64,000 bases of DNA from Macrostomum lignano (Eukaryota), in contig NIVC01000168.1 in assembly GCA_002269645.1 (NCBI GenBank), forward strand, positions 776,277 through 840,276. Reading direction: 5' to 3'. The notes beneath the pieces are model-generated. The model was given only the letters and a program-made list of their open reading frames with translations. It did not search any database and was not told the origin of the DNA. Both the position numbers and the translations under genes were made by a program. Of this stretch, positions 25,301 through 39,319 are shown in pieces. Positions within the stretch are counted from its first letter, which is position 1. Each line of letters opens with the position of its first letter.

Positions 25301-28300
25301 CCAATAACAACCTTGAACTGCAAATCTGTAAAATAATTTGCTTTACAGAAATAAAAATGCTTTTTTTGAGCTGTAAACATTAGGGAACTCACCATAGGTG
25401 CGTCTGTGCTGGTTGGTAACAGTGCAGAAAGCGCACCTTAGTTATTAATATTGAGTATCTATTACTTATTTTCCAAATTCATTTCAGCTTGAAACCGGAA
25501 TTGTTTATCGATCTAGAAAATCAGCTGATTCAAGGACGCTCAAATCCAAAGACGTTTTTAGTAACCCAGCCAGCACACCGCTGGTGCCACAGGCGAGCGA
25601 AATGCCGTCGACGGGATTCCAGCTGCCGCACTGGTGCCAGTACGTGGGCTGGGCGCTGGTTCTGGGTAGCATGCTCGGCGCCGGGGTCTTCCTCGTGTTC
25701 TACGCTATGCAGTGGGGCAAGGAGAAGTCCCAGCAGTGGCTTCTCTCCTTTGTGCTGTCGTTTGTTCAGACCGCGTTTCTAGTACAGCCGCTGAAGGTTT
25801 GCAAGTCAACATTTATCTATTTATCAAGCTAGTTGAGTTGTATTCAACTGTACGATCATAGAAAAATAAGCAAAAAATAATCACAGGGGAGCATTGTGGG
25901 CACCTTGGCACAACGCCTTCCGCGACATTGTCCCGCAATCAGTGCCGAGGAAATTTTGTCCATTCCGCGGACTCCTGAGCAAACATGACACTCATGCACG
26001 CGCTCACACAGGGTGCACACACTCTCTGTGCCTTGGGAATCGGCCCCCGTGGGTGCGAATCGCACGACAACCCCGGCCAATTTTTTATACAAGCTCAAAT
26101 TGAATGTGACCCTCGAATCGAACCAGGGCTCGCGGCACGGGAGTCAGACGCTAAGCTGCTCCTCCCATACGAAAGCTTAAGTCTCAACATTTTGTACAAT
26201 ATTGAGGATCTCTTCTCTGACACCATCTATCCATCGTTTCATATTCAGTAGTTTCTTGCTCAAAAGCTCGCACAGCTTGCGCCCTAGACTTTTGAGAATC
26301 CGAAGTCCATGGTGTGATTGTGGCAAGGATAGTGTTATGAATAGGGGGTTATAATTAAAGGATCCAGCTAGGGTTATAGCAGTTTTCACCCATTACGAGC
26401 GAACTCAAGGTTGAACTCATTCAGCGATTAGTTGGGCCATTTTTTGTCATTTTCAGGTAGCACTGATTGGCCTCGTCTTGATTGTGATATTTCGAAAAGA
26501 CTACGACGTTGAGAACTTCACCCTCATCCGAGTCAGGTACTTCAACGAAGAGCATCAGAGAGGTAAGCAAAGATGTAAAATGTTTGCCGCAACCGTTTAT
26601 CAGTAGAAACATTATAAACTTATTGCTTTTTACTGTTTACTTTTTACTACGAGTTAGTGCACTTTGAGAGAAAAAAAGTGATTTTTGCGTGCTTTTTGGG
26701 AGCACGAAGCAGATATAAAATACAACAACCAAAAAGATCTTGAAGATCCTTGGAAAAGAACCAAGGACAGTTACCGTTAACTTATAGCATTCCTCGATTG
26801 CTCAAGGAATGTCTTTTCTATTAAAACCGAGCAACTCTGGCTAGAGTTTGCGAGTGTTAGTTAACTACTCAAAAAGTGGTGGCTGCGCCTGTGTGTTTAT
26901 TGTCTGATATAGCAGATTTCCATTTTATTGAGTGCGGGTGAAGATGTGCTCGAGTAAGGGGAGTGGGGCCACAGAGTTCGAACTGGATGTTCTCGAACTG
27001 CCTCTTTGCATGTACATATCTGAAATAACCACATTCAATTAGGCAGGCAGCTTCAAATGAAACAAACAATTTTTCAGAGGGCATCGCATTTCTATACGAA
27101 CTCGAGGCCAAAGCTCGACAGAACCCGGTCCGCAAGGCTGCCATCAGCGCCACTGTGAAGCTGGTCCTCACCTTGCTGCTGCTCCTGCTTCAATACTGCA
27201 TTTGCTACGGCAACATCGACCCTGGAACCTTCCGGCTACACGAAAGCATCAAGCAGCACTTGAACTACAAAGACCTGGTTGCCGTGGATGGAACTGCCAC
27301 TGAGCTGTACAAAGTTATCAACTCCAGCATCTTGCCTGCCGTTTTCGCAGACTCCGCCTCGTTTCTGATCTCCGACGGATGCGGCTACCGTCTGAGCCGG
27401 CTGTCAGTGCGCCAGCTGAGAAGGCCTAGGCCTCGCCAGCAACGCCAGTCGCCGTTCGCGAGCAGCACTGATGAAACCGGCTGCTTCCTGCCGGGCTGGA
27501 CTGCCGCAGCTCCGTGCAACCTCTCGGCGTCGCCGCTTGAGCAGGCCTTCATGAATCGGCCTGACGGTGCGCCGTACTCGGGAATTCTAGCCGAATACCG
27601 AGGTGGCGGCTTTGTGGCCCTGCTGCCGGAAGGACTGGCGCCGAGTCGAGCTTTCCTGGCCGAGCTGCAGCGCCTGGGCTGGTTGGACTCGTCCACCAGC
27701 CTGCTGGTCGTTGAGCTGGACTTGTTTTACTCGGACGTGAACCTGTTCACCGCGGTTGCCATGGCATCGGAACTCAATTCATTCGGCGGTGCTCAAGCCA
27801 GCGAGCAGATCCTTAGCACTAGGCTGTACCGCTACGTGGGTGCAGTGGGCGTCTTTGCATTGGTCTCAGAGATTCTAGCCGGCCTTCTATTGCTTTTGCG
27901 CATCGTTTTTCTGGCTATTCAGCTGCGAAACTGTCGCCAGTTTTGGGCCAACTTTGAAAACTGGCTGGACATGGGCGTCATCATCTTCATGGTGGCCGCC
28001 TGCATTTTCTACGGTCTCCGCACAGCCGGCACTGGCAGCGCTCTGGAGGCTGCGGTGAACGGAGGCCAACCGCAGCTACGTCAGCTGCTGCTGCTTAATG
28101 AATTCTTCTTTTACTCGCTCGGCTTCTCCTGCTTCCTTTTGCAGCTGTCGCTGCTGGGCCTCATCAGGTTCAGCGCCAGCCTCGGCCACCTGCTCGGCAC
28201 GCTGCGATCCTCGCTCAGCAAGTTGAGCTCTTTCTCCGTATTTTTCTGTGTCATCTTCTTCGCCTTCTGCTGGCTGATGAACCAGCTGCTCGGGCCGGTG

Positions 28301-29114
28301 CAGCTGCAGTTCAGCTCCCCCCTCGGCACCATGTCAACTCTGTTCTCGGCGATGCTCGGCAAGTTCGACATGGCCACAGTCAGCAGCCACGGACTGCTCC
28401 CGAAGCTCGCGTTCTCTCTGTACGTCTCTTTCTTGATGTTCATCGTAGTCAACCTTTTCGTGGTCATTCTCAACGACAGTTACGAAGGGGCCAGGGAGCC
28501 AACGCAGAGCGGCGCCGGTGGCTCGAGCGACTTCCAGATCGTCCAGTTCGTTCTGCAGAGACTGCGCGACACTTTCGTTTCTAGTCGAGCTGCGGCGCCG
28601 AGTTACAAGGAGAGTAAAGGTAAAATTTCTGGAACTGAAATTTATCTACATGCAGTATTCGGGATATGAACAGTTACACACAGTATAGCATGTGCCCATC
28701 GGTAGTACCGATTTGTATTTTCCTATATCTTACGAGTATTTTCGTTGCAAAAATCTCACCTTTAAACGTGAAGAAATGAAGCTGCGATTCCGTTACGTTT
28801 ATTGAAATTCCTTAACAGTATCGTAGTTATGTAAATGCCATTTCTGCTGGTCTGAATCCAATAGCTAGTTTAAGTTGTTCCCTGGTGAAGTCGTTTCCTA
28901 ACCGCCAACCTCTGAAATTCATTCAGACTTGGACGTCACCATCAACCGGCTGCACGCAAAGTTCGGCATCATTGATTCAATGCTCAGCAGCTACACTCTG
29001 GCGGACCGGAAGTGGGACAGCCAGATCTGCCTGAACTTGACGGGATCTCTGGCGATTCGTGCAGCTGCAACAGCGGAAACAGCGTCAGATGTCGAAGGCA
29101 CGACAGGCTGTTGA
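313..29114 (+). CDS. Polycystin-1 (PKD1/PKD1L/REJ)-family 11-TM protein; multi-exon, 5' end upstream of or near the window start
   Basis: Hand-spliced GT-AG exons: 313-518, 624-1248, 1325-1509, 1615-1750, 2530-2722, 3057-3295, 4206-4372, 8117-8281, 10167-10315, 10405-10572, 15329-15485, 15621-16190, 16269-16412, 16593-17161, 17698-18783, 18877-21278, 21362-21528, 21630-22063, 22169-22393, 22515-22646, 22752-22845, 22949-24093, 24200-24370, 24452-24606, 24679-25189, 25488-25796, 26457-26562, 27078-28619, 28927-29114 (TGA). Phases match at every junction except 8281/10167, and there is an in-frame TGA at 4358-4360. The domain order PKD repeats-REJ-GAIN-TM1-PLAT-TM2-5-TOP-channel is diagnostic of polycystin-1. 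Confidence 0.85.
1952..2480 (-). mobile_element. Degenerate 3' fragment of a non-LTR retrotransposon (LINE ORF2 C-terminus with zinc knuckle)
   Basis: The minus strand reads [16 protein letters not shown]...RYLQG...[27 protein letters not shown]...[15 protein letters not shown] and ends in a short AAGTC/AAGT tail. It lies in PKD1-like intron 1751-2529. Confidence 0.7.
2160..2217 (+). other. 58-bp templated copy of host exon sequence 1406-1468 inserted in the LINE fragment
   Basis: Perfect 29-bp core ctatctcaccaatgtaacggtcgatgttc plus ggagttgacaaa is shared with the exon. Removing 2160-2217 restores the LINE frame (GPRIHQL). Confidence 0.85.
3455..3930. repeat. Polypurine (GA-rich) low-complexity tract
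   Basis: Almost exclusively G/A on the + strand; intronic. Confidence 0.95.
4409..8097 (+). mobile_element. Cut-and-paste DNA transposon (RAG1/Transib/Chapaev-related) with imperfect TIRs, TA-flanked
   Basis: Left end tgcattcacctgaaccttagca... and the reverse complement of the right end cacactcatctggaccttagca... match at 50 of 63 positions, with weaker similarity to about 87 nt. TA lies at 4407-4408 and 8098-8099. Removing the element leaves a ~55-nt host intron (4373-8116). Confidence 0.85.
4923..7055 (+). CDS. Intact ~710-aa DDE transposase with N-terminal Chapa-like Zn domain and RAG1-core-like catalytic domain
   Basis: H-x7-CxxC...D-x2-LP-x3-CxxC at the N-terminus. KVGIDSGGG (D), [16 protein letters not shown] (D + ZnC2), [23 protein letters not shown] (ZnH2), [11 protein letters not shown] (E). 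No stops. Confidence 0.88.
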   Translation: MYKEMSHATHALSHEENRLKICLLCYKKGSSMQRIGNASLKRIQAHFLPNYNANDEQLPAALCARCNKLLADVDKGIKAPNVLPNSSEVVKVSPTKITRQSSSCACKICETARFNPIGKGLGKWKPEPHSLGRPACSDPDHGLPPAQPVVICQRCHSMVGRGLPHYCTQTQRREILFSKLSLDRRGAEIHASDVIKAKAASTGSNSRFQLATRGRDLTVCVGQRAGSSTSMRGGCAVPAEEFSRFQQTLCLSSRQTKLAAQFFRAWKGRKSIEPNLRSKLSAIDSALDDLFELTNLEMDCAKGKREMRSIVFCTDPLALIDRVMARRQVSADDGALIKVGIDSGGGFLKFCVSIVSAQGLKDQPTGSRSTYAEGACRFHFEDGGVRKLLLLAIAESVSESYDNLQQILNLLNLQGFSFCAAVDMKISNAILGLQCCSSTHPCPWCKTARIDFSNPDRTNVLRSIGGIRLQAFEYQRTVEEKAPRNVSAAAFKNCVRSPLLEVPDSTMVLQAIPPMGLHLLLGVTNRLFEELETQLRGLEDCQISTDDWLQQLGLRRPLQNGGNFAGNACECLLNGVDILIAMLAQHNVFSAMPVAHALRCFRDVKASCFGMSVCGDFENRVRAFEQAYIDLGIRVTPKVHAVIDHVVQFLNMSNIAGEPKKGLGFWSEQVVETAHHDFSSMWQDFRIDFHHPSYPDRLRKCVVAYCSRHA
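8117..16412 (+). CDS. PKD1-like exons: further F5/8C domain, fibrinogen C-terminal-like domain, EGF/EB-like domain
   Basis: YFLT|[11 protein letters not shown] and [21 protein letters not shown] (F5/8C). [11 protein letters not shown]...STFSNFDFG...[23 protein letters not shown] (fibrinogen-like). [11 protein letters not shown]...[14 protein letters not shown] (EGF/EB). Confidence 0.7.
8390..8670 (-). mobile_element. tRNA-derived SINE, family 1
   Basis: Minus-strand head ttgtagcctagtggttagagcgtcggac...ggttcgattccc has A and B boxes. The body matches the copy at 17341-17620. Confidence 0.85.
8672..9985. repeat. 16-bp minisatellite (ctaagctacaacccct)n, about 80 copies
   Basis: Direct reading; it abuts the SINE 5' end and resembles it. 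Confidence 0.97.
10900..11048 (-). repeat. Gypsy 3' LTR
   Basis: Preceded (element orientation) by a polypurine tract. Confidence 0.95.
11070..14265 (-). pseudogene. pol: Gypsy pol (protease, RT, RNase H, integrase) with two frameshifts
   Basis: LVDTGAEVS; [15 protein letters not shown]; VDASD, RELLA; HHCC and HVDLVG/SDRG/ERFHR. Frameshifts near 13163 (NP/AKCQFG) and near 11595. Confidence 0.93.
14226..14987 (-). pseudogene. gag: Gypsy gag with one in-frame stop
   Basis: [24 protein letters not shown]...[13 protein letters not shown] at 14454-14456 (likely TGG to TGA); the same frame continues to [19 protein letters not shown]. Confidence 0.88.
14991..15139 (-). repeat. Gypsy 5' LTR
   Basis: TGTGGCGGC...GCCGCCAAA; identical by eye to 10900-11048. 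Confidence 0.95.
16593..24093 (+). CDS. PKD1-like exons: Cys modules, PKD repeats, REJ module, GAIN/GPS region and TM1
   Basis: [13 protein letters not shown]...[15 protein letters not shown] and VDFGDS...[18 protein letters not shown] (PKD repeats). [25 protein letters not shown] (REJ). CLVWD...WT...VLPNLIDF followed by a hydrophobic TM1. Confidence 0.85.
17341..17620 (+). mobile_element. tRNA-derived SINE, family 1 (second copy)
   Basis: ggttgtagtctag...gagcgtcggac...ggttcgtttc head; body ccttgagcaagacactt...gtaaaatgggtg...gtcggttgcacatctgg is shared with 8390-8670. Confidence 0.85.
24200..29114 (+). CDS. PKD1-like exons: PLAT domain and polycystin cation-channel domain
   Basis: YRIDVYTAS...GTR...HLGDILEI...WMLQKIII (PLAT). 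[11 protein letters not shown]...[39 protein letters not shown]...WLDSSTS (TOP). Pore [14 protein letters not shown]; [12 protein letters not shown]. Confidence 0.9.
25870..26165 (-). mobile_element. tRNA-derived SINE, family 2
   Basis: Minus-strand head ...ccctggttcgattcgagggtcacatt. Body motifs (ccaaggcacagaga, tgctcaggagtccgcggaatgg) recur at 59390-59700. Confidence 0.65.
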
Positions 29115-29427
29115 AGAGCAGCGATACGTGCTGCATAGAGCTGCAGCTGGAGGGCAGCAGGCGGAACACATTGTGAACTGCTGCCGAATGTGCTGACGGA
29201 GACAAGTGGGTGAAAGCGTACTTGATAAATAATTTATTTAGAAGTTGCTGAATGATTTTCTAGATATTGCCTTAAAACTGTCAAAGCATTGAAAGTTCTG
29301 CTGATCGCTAAATATTTTAATCATTATATTACGCAGTTTCTAAAAGCAGCAGATCACGTTTAAAATATTGCTTTATTTGTCTATACCTGAAGAGCACTAA
29401 AAAACAGTGCACTATAAAAACCCAAAG

Positions 29428-29541
29428 AAGACTCGTTCGCACCACAATCCGATTCGAGGCAAATTTTTGCGCGATCCTCAAGTTTGTACACACTGTACAT
29501 CAGATTTTATGGTTGAATTGATTGCAGTGCGAACGAGCCTT
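29428..29541. mobile_element. Small MITE-like element with ~22-bp imperfect TIRs
   Basis: aagactcgttcgcaccacaatc vs the reverse complement aaggctcgttcgcactgcaatc (19/22). Confidence 0.55.
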
Positions 29542-29879
29542 TAATATGCGAGTATATTTATTCTTGTGTATGTAAGCTTGTCGAGCTGTATCTTGTTGCA
29601 CTCGTAATGTCGTACTGTCGAACCGAATGCATTGGCATCATCACACTCAGATGTTGCTTAAAGATTTTCGCTACCCTTATTTTTTTACTAATACTAAAAT
29701 TATGCTGCATGTACTTATCTAATTTTTATAATTTTGGCTAATTATTAAAATCTATACTTTTTTAAAGCAAAATACAACTTCTCTGACAAACCCGCTTTTT
29801 TTGAAATGATAAAATACAACTGAATGTCTTTTTGGTAAGCTGTTTACTTTAAATTCCAAAAGAAGCTGCACGCGTGCGG

Positions 29880-30470
29880 CATTTGACTCATTTAGCTGAC
29901 CTGCAGCCTGCAGCGGGCTCCGGTGCCGACGCTGCCCATTCTGCTAATCCTCGTCTCTCACGGACATAGACCAAATTTCTCGACACCGGAGAGGCCGAAA
30001 GAGCTTTCCTCACTGCGGATTTTTCTTTTGAAGGTAGCGCAATCCAACAAAACAGCCACGAACAAAGATTGTCATTTTGAGTGCAGCAGCGCGAGATGCC
30101 TCTGTCTGTGCTAGGATGCCTTCCACTGATTGTTTGATCCAAGAGAGATGACAACAGCTGTGTGGGGCGCGGGTGGAGCACAACAGGTCGCTTGGACGGA
30201 CCAGGCCGGCGCCCTGATACAAAGCCGTGTAATTTAGCCTGCCAGCTGCAGCCGTCGGCGACTCCAGTTGCCAGGCCACATCATCCGCGCCGAGTCGTAC
30301 TGCCTGCAGCCGGTGCAGGAGGTGCTTCTGCTGACGCTGTACTGACCGGCGGGGGCAGGCCCGCACTCGGCGTTTGGTCGACTGCCTGCTGGCTGACGCC
30401 GGCACCCAGGATTCGGTCGGCGGTGGCAAGCTCGTTCGCTACCTGGCCCTGAAGCGCGCCCTGACTCGTA
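29880..30470. mobile_element. Degenerate non-LTR retrotransposon fragments in opposite orientations
   Basis: 29975-30045 is homologous to LINE 2315-2385 (ttctcgacaccggagaggc...ttcctcactgc). The + strand gives RRRLQLPGHIIR...RLVDCLLADAG, resembling the RTE-type RT C-terminus, with stops and a frameshift. Confidence 0.55.
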
Positions 30471-31535
30471 TTGTGTTGTTGTTTGGTTCTGGAAAAACAG
30501 AAGAGCTTAACTACATTTGTACTGCCCGAGTGCATGACATAAATGGTCGACACGGCCTTTTCCCGTACACAGATGCGATGCGATAGCAGAAGGCATCGAA
30601 GCTGATGTGGGATTGAGTGAAACAGTGGATTTATGGGGCTGCCAATAATGCCAATTCTTCGTAACGATCGGTAAAGTGAAAACCGCATTTATCTTATGAC
30701 GTGACACAGCATGGACAGAAATCCTGTCTGAGAAGGCAAGCCAGATCTCCTTTACGCCCAGTTCAGGGATGATTTTTTAAGTTTTATGAAAGCGAACTGC
30801 ATCTGGATCTGGACGCCCATGTCTAACTGGCCGCCTTCTGGTGAAAATTTTCTGCTGGTAAAAATTCAAAAGAGCGACCGAAGAGGTCCAGGAAGGAGTT
30901 CATGCCCAGTGCATGAGTGCACTAAGTAAAGCGTAATTGATATCTACGAATATAATTTTTTAAATACAAATTGCTTGAATCAGCTTACATGCAAATGCAA
31001 CTTATTTCTTTTGAAGTGTTACTGCCTGTTTCTAGATATTTTACGAGATTGCATTGATTAAAAGAATGCTGGGTCAGTGTAGCGGTACCCCAATCATATC
31101 GTTCACCACAAATTATCAAACGGCCGATTTACAAAACAAATAATACCAATAGAAGTAAGTTTTAAACCAGCAGGGGCTTTATTGAATGAATTTTAATGAC
31201 AACGCTAGCATAGCATTATTCAGTGCAATAATATCTTAGCGGTGTAAATAATATAATAATACGTGTGTTTAAACAATTCTATAAAAGTATGATATTCTTA
31301 TACTAATTGACTAAGAAAAGCCATAAGGTTTTCAATTGAAGTGATTATTATGTCAATAATTATAGAAAAATGAAATTAAGTTAAATCATATTAAGCTTTA
31401 TTGTCAATAGTGATTATTTTAACTTTGTGACTATCCACGAAAGAGCCAGCTAATCAGCTTATTCACCATTCCATTTTAACATTCAAATAACTTTTTTCTG
31501 CATTTAGAGAGACTACTTAATTTGAAAGCAGACTC

Positions 31536-36903
<5,368 letters not shown>

Positions 36904-37077
36904 AATTTAAACAAATCTTCTTTTTTGTTCGATAATGACGGGACGAATGCTTCTGCATTGCGTAGTGGCTGTGTGTTGTGAAACTCAATTTAGATCCGTG
37001 TTGTGGTTGCTGTTTGCTTTCTGCACTGCCGCTCCTGCTGTGGGTGGCGACTCACCCCGATTATTTGGAGGTGTGGG

Positions 37078-37305
37078 CATAGAGGGCACTATTAGGGGGC
37101 ATAGAGGGCACTATTAGGGGGCATAGAGGGCACTATTAGGGGCATAGAGGGCACTATTAGGGGGCATAGAGGGCACTATTAGGGGGCATAGAGGGCACTA
37201 TTAGGGGGCATAGAGGGCACTATTAGGGGGCATAGAGGGCACTATTAGGGGGCATAGAGGGCACTATTAGGGGGCATAGAGGGCACTATTAGGGGGCATA
37301 GTGGA
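37078..37305. repeat. 22-bp minisatellite (agagggcactattagggggcat)
   Basis: Direct reading; downstream of the CaMK stop. Confidence 0.95.
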
Positions 37306-38234
37306 AACTATTAGGGAGGCGTACCGGTAGAGGGGCATTAAAAGATGAGATATTAGACCAATAGCAGAGTATGGCACCCCGTTAGGAATGCTGGGGAACA
37401 GAGAAGTGTTCTGCGGCGCCCCTTAATTTCCTAATTTTTAAGCTCTCCAAAGCACCACACTTCAAGCTCCGCGTGTTGTGGCTGACTTGCTTTCCCGCTT
37501 GTAGCAGAAATTTTTTGACTCCGTTCCGATTCCAAGCTTTTTATGAGGCTGAGTCGGTTTCTGAAGTCTCGCTTTTATCCGCTTCTGATTTGGAGATATT
37601 TTTCTTAGAAGTTTATTAATAGAGCTTTCTGTTTTCATAGAAGTTTTGTGTATCAGTATTTTTAGTGTCGGCCTTGGTTGCTGATGTCTGATTGTTGCAC
37701 AGACAAATTTTAAGATGACGGCAGTCCAGACTCCGCTAGTCAGGCGCTTTTTGTCTTTTCCTGTTTTTCGTCGACGTGCTTTTCGTCTGAATTTCGCGTT
37801 TTAATTTCAATAGCAAAAAACTTTATAATACCCGAACTGCACTACTGATTTTGTGCTGTGAGTAGAAATGTTTGACTTTTGCTTCGAAAAACGGTTTGAA
37901 AAACAGTGAATTTTATACCATCGGAATTAAAAAAACTTTTATGATCAAGAAAACACTTTTTGGTACCGGATGTGGCGAAATTTCAGAATCATGTGATAAC
38001 GAGCTGAAGACAATAAATTAGATATTTAATAATAAGAAGAGCAGAAAGCGTCGGCAGGCATAACAGTAGAGGTAAGTGAGAAGGGATTGATATAAACTCG
38101 AGTCGGCCGGGTTGCCGGGGAGCTGAGACACTAAAAAGACCGCGATGTCATGGACAGCTGAAATATTGTTGAAGGACGCCTACTTCTAGTGCTCTTAGAA
38201 CGTGCACTGCCAGAGCATTTAGTGGCCTAAAATG

Positions 38235-38895
38235 ACCTAAAATATCTTTAAATAATTGCAAGTGTCATTTTAACGTACTGGTAAAACAAAACTAAATGAC
38301 AATATTTTATATAACAAACTCGATATGTGTTCGTTAATAGCCTTTTTGGGATTATAAAGAACTTTTAAAATATTTTATGTTAGTAGATAGTCGATTAAAA
38401 AATGTTTTTCATCCAGAGACTGTAAATTATAATAATTTAATTTGTATCTTATTTTTAATCAAACTTGTACACGCGCACATTGACGCAGCAATTTTAAATT
38501 TTCGTTGGAAGCATTCAATTTAATCGGATTTTAAATATATGACCTAATTATTTTTGAAAAGATGTACTTTTTCAAATTGGATTGTTAAATATCAGGTAAA
38601 GTAATTTAAACTGATATTTGGTATGCTTAAAATGATTATTTACCCTAAATTTAGATTAATAGCTCGAACTTGTCGAAAAATAAGTTGCTAAAGCATCTTT
38701 TGTTATTTTTCTCCAACATCGATTTATTTAAATTTCGATTTAACTCCATATAAAATATATAAACAGTTCTTTAAAGTCCCACGAGGCTATTAATATTATA
38801 AACACATATTAAATCTGCTATATAAAAATTTTTCATTTGTTCTGTTTTACTGAGTAAAATCAAATGACACTTAAAATCAATTAGGATATTTTAAG
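38235..38895. mobile_element. Old AT-rich foldback element (degenerate ~660-bp palindrome)
   Basis: The arms share taaaatatc, aagtgtcattt, gtaaaaca, atatgtgtt, ttaatagcct and taaagaact in inverted order; centre near 38563. Confidence 0.65.
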
Positions 38896-39319
38896 CTGCT
38901 CGAACATAATTTAGTATGCTCCAATGACAAATTAATCAGCGTTGAGCAGAAAAAAATGTCCTTGGTATGCTCTACTTGGCCAATCGGTTTTAGTCTATGG
39001 CGTAACCCCAATATTTCAGCGCCTTATTTCGAGAGTCCTTCTCTACTTCTCAATTATCGGAAAGTCACGAAAATGGCTTGGCTCGGTGTCCGTTCACCTT
39101 GGTACCGCGCGAAACATTTAAGTTGTTTGCCAGGGAGACAAGAAGGCCCCTCTGACTATCGTTTCTGAGCCGCCGGCGAGGCATTTTCCAGGAAAAATGA
39201 TTCACAAGTTTCCCTAGGGGTGAAGGGATCAGAGGACTCCCTTGAGGTGCGTTCAGAGCGAGTGCCCAGAGACAGGAGAGCTGTCCGAAATGATGCCTGA
39301 TCTCTGCCGAGCACCGGGG

